From Nitrosopumilus sp. (GTDB lineage: Archaea > Thermoproteota > Nitrososphaeria > Nitrososphaerales > Nitrosopumilaceae), in the NCBI RefSeq assembly GCF_965223225.1, contig NZ_CBDCVU010000004.1, positions 600,378 to 632,377 on the forward strand: 32,000 bases of DNA. The letters run 5' to 3'. A model generated the notes under the pieces. It was not told where the DNA came from. It ran no database searches and saw only the letters and a list, made by a program, of their open reading frames with translations. Below, piece after piece: positions 1 to 8,059 of the stretch (within the stretch, counting starts at the first letter, position 1; each line of letters opens with the position of its first letter). The position numbers and the translations under genes were made by a program.

Positions 1-1
1 G

Positions 2-268
2 TCCCAGGCAAAACTATGGGATACTGAATTGTATGGGGCTGACTTGACAGGAGTGAATCTTTCAGGAGCAGACTTGTTTTATGCCGATTTGAGAAACTCT
101 GATCTAAGCAATGCAAACCTTTCAGGAACAAATCTCAGACACACAAACCTAGAAGGTGCAATTCTTGATTCTGTAGATTTTGCTGGATGTAATTATGATG
201 TAGATACCCTTAATTCTCTGTCTAAAGTTTTTCAGGCTAACCTAAAAAAATATGGAAACTTGTGGTAA
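2..268 (+). CDS. pentapeptide-repeat protein, C-terminal part (5' end outside window)
   Basis: Frame 2 is open from base 2. Translation is tandem A(D/N)LxX pentapeptides ([44 protein letters not shown]). The TTG at 29 in the ORF track is probably internal. Confidence 0.75.
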   Translation, partial: SQAKLWDTELYGADLTGVNLSGADLFYADLRNSDLSNANLSGTNLRHTNLEGAILDSVDFAGCNYDVDTLNSLSKVFQANLKKYGNLW

Positions 269-339
269 CCGTCATCTCAATTTTCTACTATTGATGTTTT
301 ACTTTTTATCAATATCAATATGCTTAAGTTCGGAGTTAT

Positions 340-564
340 TTGTTCAAATTTGTGGATATTTATTCTAGAAAAATTCCAATGGTTCTGATCTTTGCATTAG
401 TTGGCATACTCTTACTCCAGTTTGTTACCAACAATAACGATGGTGCAACTTTGATTGATTCTCAAACCTGTGAGTTGTATGTTGAAGATGCAGCAATTAA
501 TGCCAAAAAATATCTGGGAGAATACGATGAGAAATGTCTAGAATTTAAAAGTCTCAACCCTTGA
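340..564 (+). CDS. small hypothetical protein with N-terminal hydrophobic segment
   Basis: 74-aa ORF. One hydrophobic helix (IPMVLIFALVGILLLQFV), then a soluble tail with two Cys. No recognisable family. Confidence 0.35.
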   Translation: MFKFVDIYSRKIPMVLIFALVGILLLQFVTNNNDGATLIDSQTCELYVEDAAINAKKYLGEYDEKCLEFKSLNP

Positions 565-680
565 TTTGTCACATTTTTTAAACATCTCTATGATTCTTAA
601 AAAAAATTGCATAGTTTTTCTTTTGCATGAATTGATGAAACTAGATTATTGATTTACATCTTTTAATATCTCCATATCTA

Positions 681-1073
681 TTGTACCTTGTCTTGACTGA
701 AAATATTGAAGCTCTTGAAAAAGCCTGTAAACAAGTTCTACAAATACCGAAAATTAGATCTACAGGCGTCTTAAACAAGATGGGTCGCAGAGTTGCAGGC
801 GGCTTTAAGGAAGGTGTAACGTCTTATCTCCAAGACAAAGAAAACGAAATGATGTATGTGCAGCTTACACTGGAATATCTGATGAGAAAAGATTTCGATG
901 AGGGATTGGGAGCAATGGATTACATTGCATCTAGGAGGGCCAAAGTCACAATGATTAGTATTCCTACAAAAGATTACCTAATCTTGATTTCAGGAGAACG
1001 AGATCTTAATGTAGAAGATATAATCAGACGAGTAAATTCTGCGTTTACTAGCCTGCCGGATATCAGGCCATAA
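681..1073 (+). CDS. hypothetical protein, paralog of 9632..10009
   Basis: 130-aa ORF with TTG start. It aligns by eye along most of its length with the 125-aa ORF at 9632..10009 (shared MRK-FD--LG---Y, R-KV, I-TK pattern). A roadblock/LC7-like fold is only a guess. Confidence 0.55.
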   Translation: MYLVLTENIEALEKACKQVLQIPKIRSTGVLNKMGRRVAGGFKEGVTSYLQDKENEMMYVQLTLEYLMRKDFDEGLGAMDYIASRRAKVTMISIPTKDYLILISGERDLNVEDIIRRVNSAFTSLPDIRP

Positions 1074-1112
1074 TTCTCAAACTAATAAAAAATTTTCAGC
1101 ATGTTTTGACAT

Positions 1113-1244
1113 CTAACTCATAAAGTATGCTTCTTCATGCTGTTTGCACATTTTTTCTAATTCTGCAGTTTGGTCCCTTATTGTACATCCACATGACAAT
1201 AATACTGTCTTATTCCTTTCAGATTTAGCATGTACTATTTCCAT
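1113..1244 (-). CDS. possible 43-aa small protein (below ORF-track cutoff)
   Basis: ATG-initiated ORF MEIVHAKSERNKTVLLSCGCTIRDQTAELEKMCKQHEEAYFMS in an otherwise empty 423-nt gap. A TTTAATA-like box (complement of 1265-1273) lies about 25 nt upstream of the ATG, which would fit a leaderless archaeal mRNA. No homology support. Confidence 0.25.
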   Translation of the reverse strand: MEIVHAKSERNKTVLLSCGCTIRDQTAELEKMCKQHEEAYFMS

Positions 1245-1508
1245 TAAATTATGTAGTATCTACTAGTATTAAAGATCGCTGGTTTGGATTTTAAAAGAAT
1301 ATTCAAATTTTGAGTAAGTTGCTTAATTTATGAATTATTGTATTTCTTATGGTATGAATTTTCAATTCAACTGCCTCTCTCTTGAATGTTCAAGCTAGAT
1401 TTATGAAAATTTAATGATATTTTGTTATTGAATTTTCTTATTTTTTGGAACTAATTTTTGGATTGTTTTTATGATGGTTTTATTTTCTAAAATTTATTGG
1501 GTAAAAAA

Positions 1509-1688
1509 ATGGATTGTCAATGTACTAATTGTTCATGTAAGCAAAATTTTGAGCTTGTTGAGACTGAAGAATTGTTAAACCTAATACAACATGGAAGACT
1601 AACTCAAGAGCAAATTGCTTTTCTGAACTCTAGAGTTGGAAGTAAATTGTGTAAGCAATGTTTTGTTGGAAATCATAAGAAAATTTAG
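1509..1688 (+). CDS. small Cys-rich (putative zinc-binding) protein
   Basis: ATG at 1509 gives MDCQCTNCSCKQ...CKQCF, i.e. CxCxxCxC plus a C-terminal CxxC. The track ORF starts at an upstream TTG at 1497. Confidence 0.45.
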   Translation: MDCQCTNCSCKQNFELVETEELLNLIQHGRLTQEQIAFLNSRVGSKLCKQCFVGNHKKI

Positions 1689-1823
1689 TTTCAAAATTTG
1701 CTGAATCTTATTTTTGTTATTTGTGGTGACATGATATTCAAAAATTCACACTCTCATTTCGTTTCATTTTTTTAATTTCATTAAAATAAAAAACATAAAC
1801 ATTACTTGATAGCATGATTGATT

Positions 1824-2678
1824 ATGAAAATTGGAGTATCGCTTTCAAACTATGGAATACTTGCTTCAAGAGAATTCTTAAAAGAAGCTGCAATTGAAAT
1901 TGAAAATCAACAACTAGATTCTATCTGGTTGTCTGATCATATTATTGTTCCAAAGAACAATGATCCTTGGACTCGCGTTTTTGAGAGTGTTGCAACTCTG
2001 GGATTTTTATCTTCAATTACTGAAAAAGCTCAATTGGGCTCTTCAATTTTGTTAGTCCCATTAAGAAATCCATTTGTTTTGGCAAAACAAATTGCAACTC
2101 TGGATTCGTTATCCAATGGCCGAATAATCTTTGGTGTTGGAATTGGTTGGAACAAAAAAGAATTTGATTTACTTGGATATGGTTTTGAGAACAGAACAAA
2201 GTCCATTGTTGAGAACATTAAGATCATAAAAGAAATGTGGGCTGGTCATTATTCAAAACAAGGCTTTTCTTGTGAACCTATGCCCGCTTCTCCTAATGGT
2301 CCGCCAATTCTTGTAGGAGGACAATCAGATGGTGCTTTAAGACGAGTTTCTTCTATAGGTGATGGATGGCATCCTGTAGGAATTTCGACTGATCAATATG
2401 AATTAGGAATGCAAAAAATTCAACAATTCTGCAGCAAAGATTATCTCTGGACTTTACGAATAAATTTTGTAGCCGACAAACAAGCTGAATCCATCTATAC
2501 TGGAGCAGATGGGAGTCCTCGTTTGAGATTAACTGGTAATATTGATGAGCTCATCTCAAAAATTCACAAGTACCAAGAAATTGGGCTTGATCACCTTGTT
2601 TGTGACATAGGAGTAGATTCCAAGTCTGAATACGCTGAACAGATCCAAATACTTGGAAAAATAAAGAGTTCATTTTAA
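1824..2678 (+). CDS. LLM-class (luciferase-like) flavin/F420-dependent oxidoreductase
   Basis: TIM-barrel LLM hallmarks: LDSIWLSDHIIVP near the N-terminus, GRIIFGVGIGWNKKEF, and a cofactor-side GDGWHP segment. ATG at 1824 preferred over TTG at 1818. Confidence 0.85.
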   Translation: MKIGVSLSNYGILASREFLKEAAIEIENQQLDSIWLSDHIIVPKNNDPWTRVFESVATLGFLSSITEKAQLGSSILLVPLRNPFVLAKQIATLDSLSNGRIIFGVGIGWNKKEFDLLGYGFENRTKSIVENIKIIKEMWAGHYSKQGFSCEPMPASPNGPPILVGGQSDGALRRVSSIGDGWHPVGISTDQYELGMQKIQQFCSKDYLWTLRINFVADKQAESIYTGADGSPRLRLTGNIDELISKIHKYQEIGLDHLVCDIGVDSKSEYAEQIQILGKIKSSF

Positions 2679-2888
2679 TTTCCTAAATCATCTTGTAGAC
2701 TTTGTTATATTTTAGACAAATTCAAAATGTAATTGGGCTTTCTGATCATAATTTGTTTATTTGATTCGTCTTTTCTTCAATCTGATCTCAAAAGTTCGAT
2801 CATTTGCTGATCTCGCGATTTTTGAGATCAAAAATATTGGAAGATTGACAGTAGAACAACTAAAATACCTCTTGTTTTTAGTACTCGC

Positions 2889-5006
2889 GTGAACGTTAAG
2901 TTAATGCTTGCATTGTTTGTATTTGCATCTATTCTTACTGTTGGTTCACTTGGTTCTTCTTTTGCCGAATCTACTGTTGACGTAGACGAACAAAGAACTA
3001 TCGTACTTATCGGAACTGGTGTGGATCCAGATAATGACGATCTTACCTATCTTTGGGAACAAACTGGAGGTGAATCTGTAGACCTTTCAGCTTATGATGT
3101 TGCCGAACCAACATTTCTATCTCCTCTAGTAGACAATGGTGAAACAAAGACATTGTCATTTACTTTAACTGTCTCTGATCCATTTGGAGGATCAAGTCAG
3201 GAATCAATTAACATTGTAGTACACCCAATTAATCATGACCCTATCGCCAAGGCTGGCAAAGATAAACTAATTTTCCCTTCTGTCAATGCTGTAACTGTTT
3301 TTGCAACTGGTTATGATATTGATGGTGATATTTTGTCATTCTCATGGAAGCAACTTGCAGGTCAGCCTGTTGATATTGCAAATCTGAATGCAAAACATCT
3401 TACCGTGGAGCGATATCAATTGGACTTTAATGATATGACTCCTTTGACTTTTGAGGTTACCGTAGATGATGGATTTGGCGGTACTGATTCAGACACCGTG
3501 GATATCTTTTTGGCTGAATTTTCCGCCAACAACCCATCAATTGCAGTTGATGCTGGCCCAATTCAGATTGTAAATGAAGGCTCTGATGTTACTTTGCATG
3601 GAAGCGGTTGGGAAATCAATAATTCTCCTATCTCATTCTCTTGGATTCAACACTTGGGTCCAAAAGTAAGTTTGTCATCTACTGTGATTCCTACTCCTGA
3701 CTTTACAGCACCATACATAGATGGTGAAGAGGCAGTAGTTCTGTCATTTGTATTGACAGGTTATGTTCCTGGAAGTGGATTTGCACAAGATACTGCTATT
3801 GTCAAAGTATTGCCAGTAAACAATCCTCCAATTGCAGATGCAGGACCTGATCAAAGTGTTCGCGAATCTTCCCAAGTCAAATTAATTGGAACTGTTTCTG
3901 ATCCTGATGGCGACAGAGTAAATCATGCTTGGAACCAAATTGCAGGACCTGCTGTACAATATAACACATTTTTGACTGAACTTACATTTACTGCACCTCC
4001 ATTAGCTTCTGATGAAACTGCAAACTTGGAATTTGAATTAATGGCAAGAGATTCATTTGGTTTAACTAGTTATGATGCAGTCTCAGTTCTTGTTTCTGCA
4101 ACAAACAGCCCTCCAACTGCTCACGCTGGTCCTGATCAAATTGTAGTTGAAAACACAAATGTAAGATTGGTAGGAACTGGATTTGATGTTGATAATGACC
4201 CATTAACTTATTCTTGGAAACAAATCAACGGCAAAGCAATGGACGTTAATGTATCTGACAACGCATTGACGTTTACTGCTCCAAACACTGTTAATAACAG
4301 ACCATCTTCAATGTTATTTGAATTCAAAGTATCTGATTCCTTTGGTGGCTCAGATACCGATGTAGTCAAAGTCACAATCGTTCCGGCAAATGGCAAACCA
4401 TCTGCTAATGCTGGTGATGATCTTGATGTTGATGAGAATACCGTGGTTATATTGTCCTGTGTAGGACAAGATCCTGATGGTGATATATTGACTTACTCTT
4501 GGAGCCAAATTTCAGGCCCATCAATAGTTATTGATAATCCAAATAACACAATGATTACATTTACTGCTCCATCTGTAGTTGATACCACTCTGATTCAATT
4601 CAAATGTACTGTATCTGATGGTGAATTCTCTGCTTCTGATACTGTGGGTGTAACAGTTTACAATACACTAACTTTGGACATTGTAGCAGATGCAGGTGAT
4701 GATAGAATTGTCAACGAGAACCGTAACCTATCTCTTGATGGTAGCGGAAGTTTCGACCCTGAGAATCAACCATTGCAATATTCATGGGTTCAATTGTCTG
4801 GAGAATCTGTGTCACTTGATGACTCTTCAAGTATCACTCCATCCTTTAGAACTCCATCTGTAATTAATGGTCAAATCAAAATATTGGAATTTGAATTGAC
4901 TGTGTTTGATTCTAATGGTCGTTCTGACATGGATACAGTAGTTATCACTGTAGACCCAGTTAACGCACCTCCAGAAGTTGAAGTCACAGCAAAACAACTG
5001 TCTTAA
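2889..5006 (+). CDS. secreted protein with seven tandem PKD-like Ig repeats
   Basis: GTG start. N-terminal signal-like segment MNVKLMLALFVFASILTVGSLGSSFA. Repeats carry the motif (I/V)A(D/N)AG(P/D)DQ.V...V.L.G..S.DPD(G/N)D.L.Y.W.Q..G, ending in V.P.N..P. No C-terminal anchor. Confidence 0.85.
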   Translation: MNVKLMLALFVFASILTVGSLGSSFAESTVDVDEQRTIVLIGTGVDPDNDDLTYLWEQTGGESVDLSAYDVAEPTFLSPLVDNGETKTLSFTLTVSDPFGGSSQESINIVVHPINHDPIAKAGKDKLIFPSVNAVTVFATGYDIDGDILSFSWKQLAGQPVDIANLNAKHLTVERYQLDFNDMTPLTFEVTVDDGFGGTDSDTVDIFLAEFSANNPSIAVDAGPIQIVNEGSDVTLHGSGWEINNSPISFSWIQHLGPKVSLSSTVIPTPDFTAPYIDGEEAVVLSFVLTGYVPGSGFAQDTAIVKVLPVNNPPIADAGPDQSVRESSQVKLIGTVSDPDGDRVNHAWNQIAGPAVQYNTFLTELTFTAPPLASDETANLEFELMARDSFGLTSYDAVSVLVSATNSPPTAHAGPDQIVVENTNVRLVGTGFDVDNDPLTYSWKQINGKAMDVNVSDNALTFTAPNTVNNRPSSMLFEFKVSDSFGGSDTDVVKVTIVPANGKPSANAGDDLDVDENTVVILSCVGQDPDGDILTYSWSQISGPSIVIDNPNNTMITFTAPSVVDTTLIQFKCTVSDGEFSASDTVGVTVYNTLTLDIVADAGDDRIVNENRNLSLDGSGSFDPENQPLQYSWVQLSGESVSLDDSSSITPSFRTPSVINGQIKILEFELTVFDSNGRSDMDTVVITVDPVNAPPEVEVTAKQLS
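2967..4973 (+). repeat. intragenic array of 7 diverged ~95-100 aa PKD-like repeat units
   Basis: Units start near aa 27, 114, 215, 313, 410, 505 and 603 of the 705-aa protein. Each is bounded by a (V/I).P.N..P linker and an A.AG.D opener. The repetition is at protein level; the DNA copies are diverged. Confidence 0.7.
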
Positions 5007-5021
5007 ACAAAAGATAATTTC

Positions 5022-5028
5022 TTTTTTT
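5022..5028 (+). terminator. oligo-T tract downstream of the PKD-repeat gene
   Basis: A run of 7 T begins 16 nt after the TAA at 5004-5006. Archaeal RNA polymerase terminates at oligo-T. Confidence 0.35.
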
Positions 5029-5100
5029 AAAATCTACTAATTTTTACTGATTTATTTTAATTGTAAATGATATTCTGATTATTTGATATTGTGAGAATAT

Positions 5101-5628
5101 CTATATTTTTGAAAGTATCTTCTTTTTCTTTTCTTGAAATTCTTTATTTGTGATAATTCCTGCCTTGCGCAGTTCTCCTAGTTTTTCCAACAAGTCTAAT
5201 TCTTTTTGTGTTGATGCCCCTAATTTTTTTCCTACATTGACACTGCCTTGTATTCCTGTTTTTGCACCTTTTCTTAATTTGGTTTTCAGTGCACTACTTT
5301 TAGTGATAATTTTTTCACTTATTTGATATCCTTTCTTTTTTGCTTGTTTGATTACTTCTTCGGATTTTTGTCTTGTAACATCATCAACTAATTTGTGCTT
5401 TTTTGCCATCTGCCCTAATTCTTGTGTTTTTTTACGTGCAAGACGTGTTTGCAATTTCAAATCTTTTATTATCTCGTCTTTTGTTTTCTTTTTGAATCGT
5501 CTGGTATATTCTTCAATAACTAAAATTGGAAATGGACTATATTCTACATCTAGATAGTATTTTATTATAATATCATCGGAAAGGGTCTTCAAGTATTCCT
5601 TTATTGATTTTTCAGATTTTAATTCCAT
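5101..5628 (-). CDS. Lys-rich hypothetical protein with C-terminal SHOCT domain
   Basis: The C-terminus ELDLLEKLGELRKAGIITNKEFQEKKKKILSKI matches the SHOCT short C-terminal domain pattern (L.kL.eL...G.It.eEf...K..iL). Confidence 0.6.
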   Translation of the reverse strand: MELKSEKSIKEYLKTLSDDIIIKYYLDVEYSPFPILVIEEYTRRFKKKTKDEIIKDLKLQTRLARKKTQELGQMAKKHKLVDDVTRQKSEEVIKQAKKKGYQISEKIITKSSALKTKLRKGAKTGIQGSVNVGKKLGASTQKELDLLEKLGELRKAGIITNKEFQEKKKKILSKI

Positions 5629-5677
5629 GATTATTTTCCTACTTTAGGTCATAAAAAGATTAGATTTGGGGCATTTG

Positions 5678-6301
5678 TTACAAATTATTCATTTTTTTCA
5701 TTGCCTCTGCAGATCTCTTGAAGAATTCTTCAGAACTGTTTTTCCATATGTTTTGCCAATAATCGCTAAATGCATTTGGTGTAACAAACCTAGAGTTTTT
5801 CCATACATTCTCCCAGCTTTTAATGTACCAATCATATGGATTATTCTTGCCAGCGATATCCCATGTTTCTGCCCATAAATCATTGAATTTTTCCAACATT
5901 TCTGAATCTCCCAGAATGTTTAACCCTTCTTGAATTTTATTTGATTTTACAAGAGATGATGCTTTGTTGTATACTGCTGTAGTGTTTTGAGGTTTTATCT
6001 TCAGGACTTTGTCATTGCAACTTATTGAAATTTCATACTCTTTCAAGTAGTGATGTGCAAGTCCTTTGTTTAACAGAGCAATAAGGTTTGATTCTTCTTG
6101 AGATAAAACTTTGTTATAACTATCTATAGCTTGTACATATCTTCCAGTCATTCCTAATATGTGCCCTTTTTTTATCAGTGCCTCGATATTTTGTGGTTCA
6201 TTTTTGAGGATTATTTCATAAATCTCTAATGCCTCTTTTGGATTTCCAAGGTTCAAGAATTTTTGTCCTTTTTGTAATAGCAGATTTGACGACTCTTCCA
6301 T
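5678..6301 (-). CDS. TPR-repeat protein with Trp-rich C-terminal tail
   Basis: About four 34-aa TPR units (e.g. PKEALEIYEIILKNEPQNIEALIKKGHILGMTGRYVQAIDSYNKVL). The last ~70 aa carry repeated W..W motifs (SWENVWKNS / YWQNIWKNS). Confidence 0.8.
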   Translation of the reverse strand: MEESSNLLLQKGQKFLNLGNPKEALEIYEIILKNEPQNIEALIKKGHILGMTGRYVQAIDSYNKVLSQEESNLIALLNKGLAHHYLKEYEISISCNDKVLKIKPQNTTAVYNKASSLVKSNKIQEGLNILGDSEMLEKFNDLWAETWDIAGKNNPYDWYIKSWENVWKNSRFVTPNAFSDYWQNIWKNSSEEFFKRSAEAMKKMNNL

Positions 6302-6529
6302 GATTCTCTGTTAGGGAAAGATATTATGAAATTTTTGATATGACAAGTATTCCTGGGATTGATGATTTATTCTCATCAAACCCACGAAGTGTTAGGTGCT
6401 TTGTCTTGCAAAATTTCTATTTAACATTAATGGACGATTCCTTCTGGGTTGATTATAGTTTGATGTGATTGCTAGCCGTTTACATCTGAATCTGCTAGTT
6501 ATTTATTCAGGTACCATTTACAATTAGTT

Positions 6530-6760
6530 ATGGGGTTACTTTATACAAAATTTTATCTAGATTTTGAAGACAGTGACTGGAAACAACTCTCAAATGATCC
6601 TATAGTTTTTCAGAGCAAAAAAGATGAAGTGGTTTTAGATATTGAAGATACTTCTCACAAATCATACAAACTTACCTTCAAAAATGGAGGTAAAATCAAA
6701 CTATTTCGGGTAACGGGAAAATTTCGACTTACTTGGGATGATGATGATGTTATAGAGTGA
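6530..6760 (+). CDS. hypothetical small protein
   Basis: 76-aa ATG ORF. Its stop overlaps the next ORF's GTG start (GTGA at 6757-6760). Confidence 0.4.
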   Translation: MGLLYTKFYLDFEDSDWKQLSNDPIVFQSKKDEVVLDIEDTSHKSYKLTFKNGGKIKLFRVTGKFRLTWDDDDVIE

Positions 6761-7029
6761 CTGCATCAAATAATAATGGGTTTTTGAAATTATCTTTCAT
6801 GTCTCTAGAAGATCAAGTCAGATTAATTTTGAAGGATTTTGATACAGTTTCCTCCGAAAAAATTCTAGAATCATTAGATTTGATAAAACCAGAATTCAAA
6901 AGTCAACTGACCTCTGAATATGTAGATGGAAAAATACAGAAAATCCGAGAATTATCTGATGAATCAGAAAAGAAAAAACAATGCAAAGCATTGATTCCTT
7001 ACTTTGATTGGTATGTCCAAGGACTCTGA
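6757..7029 (+). CDS. hypothetical small protein
   Basis: 90-aa ORF with a 4-nt overlap to the upstream ORF. An alternative ATG start gives MSLEDQ. Confidence 0.4.
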   Translation: MTASNNNGFLKLSFMSLEDQVRLILKDFDTVSSEKILESLDLIKPEFKSQLTSEYVDGKIQKIRELSDESEKKKQCKALIPYFDWYVQGL

Positions 7030-7031
7030 AG

Positions 7032-7460
7032 TTATTGTTCTGAATATTGATTTATTTTTTCTTGTGCTATTCTAATGATTTTTAGATCTTTTTTTGCCTC
7101 TTCTATGTTTCCTACAAGATTCACAAAATATTCATGTCCAGTATCTTCTGCTTTGTGTATGTCTGCTTCATAACATGATAATGATTTAGCAAGGAATGGA
7201 ACGTCTTCATTTAATTTACTAACCATCTGAATGTCTGATAAACTATCTTCTATTTTCTTAATTGTAGTGTCAATTTGAGGCACCACTTTTACTGCTTGTG
7301 AATGCAATACTGATGCAAACATAGCAGCTGCATCTTGTAATTCTGGGCTTTTACCAAGAGTCTTCAATCTTTTCTTATAATGGTTAAGTGCCTTTAGAAT
7401 GATCTTATATCCTCCCTCATCTTTGAGATAAATTGCACCCATCCAAACTTTTTCAGCCAT
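7032..7460 (-). CDS. hypothetical helical protein
   Basis: 142-aa ATG ORF with coding-like composition. No recognisable motif. Confidence 0.5.
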   Translation of the reverse strand: MAEKVWMGAIYLKDEGGYKIILKALNHYKKRLKTLGKSPELQDAAAMFASVLHSQAVKVVPQIDTTIKKIEDSLSDIQMVSKLNEDVPFLAKSLSCYEADIHKAEDTGHEYFVNLVGNIEEAKKDLKIIRIAQEKINQYSEQ

Positions 7461-7536
7461 ATTGATATCTTCTCAATCTTTTGTTGATATTTACTTACCT
7501 ATCTTACCACTAGTATAATTTCTACCTTTTACTAAT

Positions 7537-7752
7537 ATGCATGAACAGCTTACCGAAGATGTGAATTTAAAAAAAGAATTGGGGATGAGGCACCTTTTAG
7601 CTTCATACCCAAATTGTTATCAGGATTCTCTGTATTGTGGAATGATTCCAACCACAATAAAGACACTAATTAACAAGGAAGTATTGTTCTGTAAAGCATG
7701 TAAATTTGTAGTAACTGTAGATGATTACAAAAAAATGCTATTGCATACTTAG
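7537..7752 (+). CDS. hypothetical small protein with two Cys pairs
   Basis: 71-aa ORF with CYQDSLYC and CKAC, a possible small zinc finger. Confidence 0.35.
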   Translation: MHEQLTEDVNLKKELGMRHLLASYPNCYQDSLYCGMIPTTIKTLINKEVLFCKACKFVVTVDDYKKMLLHT

Positions 7753-8012
7753 ATTCCGATATCTTCCTTTATTGGAGGCTCATTTCTGCTTATGATGTGT
7801 ATTACAATCCCGGCTAACATTACACCCATCCCACTAATTCCAATAAAGGTACCCATGTTTTTTGTAAATCTCCACGTTGAATCTTTCTGTCCTTGCTCAA
7901 TTGAATAAAAAAGTAAAAGACCTACAAAAAACATTATCATGCCGATAACTATTACTTTTTTACCTGTTTTCACAATTTTTTTATCTTTTTTCTGATAATA
8001 AATGTCTGCCAT
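7749..8012 (-). CDS. small membrane protein (2 predicted TM helices)
   Basis: Hydrophobic stretches VIVIGMIMFFVGLLLFY and FIGISGMGVMLAGIVIHII. Confidence 0.5.
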   Translation of the reverse strand: MADIYYQKKDKKIVKTGKKVIVIGMIMFFVGLLLFYSIEQGQKDSTWRFTKNMGTFIGISGMGVMLAGIVIHIISRNEPPIKEDIGI

Positions 8013-8059
8013 TGTTTAAATCTGAAAAGGCTTTTAATTGAATCAAATCTATTTCTCAT

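Noticed and set aside
2017-2227. Two minus-strand ORFs (60 and 65 aa) inside the LLM oxidoreductase gene
   Set aside because: They lie fully inside a well-supported + strand CDS. Their products are low-complexity with no motifs. They are typical antisense shadow ORFs of AT-rich DNA.
2967-4973. Periodic ~290-nt repetition checked as a possible CRISPR or tandem DNA repeat
   Set aside because: The periodicity is at protein-domain level, within one continuous ORF. The units are diverged at DNA level, and there is no short repeat/spacer architecture. No CRISPR-like array was seen elsewhere in the window.
5666-5883. ORFs 5666..5878 (+) and 5698..5883 (-) overlapping the TPR gene tail, and 5348..5557 (+) inside the SHOCT gene
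   Set aside because: They are alternative frames kept open by the Trp/Lys/Asn-rich composition of the real genes. The TPR and SHOCT frames carry recognisable domain motifs and the alternatives do not.
6359-6488. UGAUGA (6360-6365) and CUGA (6485-6488) as a C/D-box sRNA
   Set aside because: The boxes are about 120 nt apart, far beyond the 50-70 nt archaeal C/D sRNA size. The UGAUGA is part of a palindrome, so it occurs on both strands. No terminal stem or C'/D' pair is seen.
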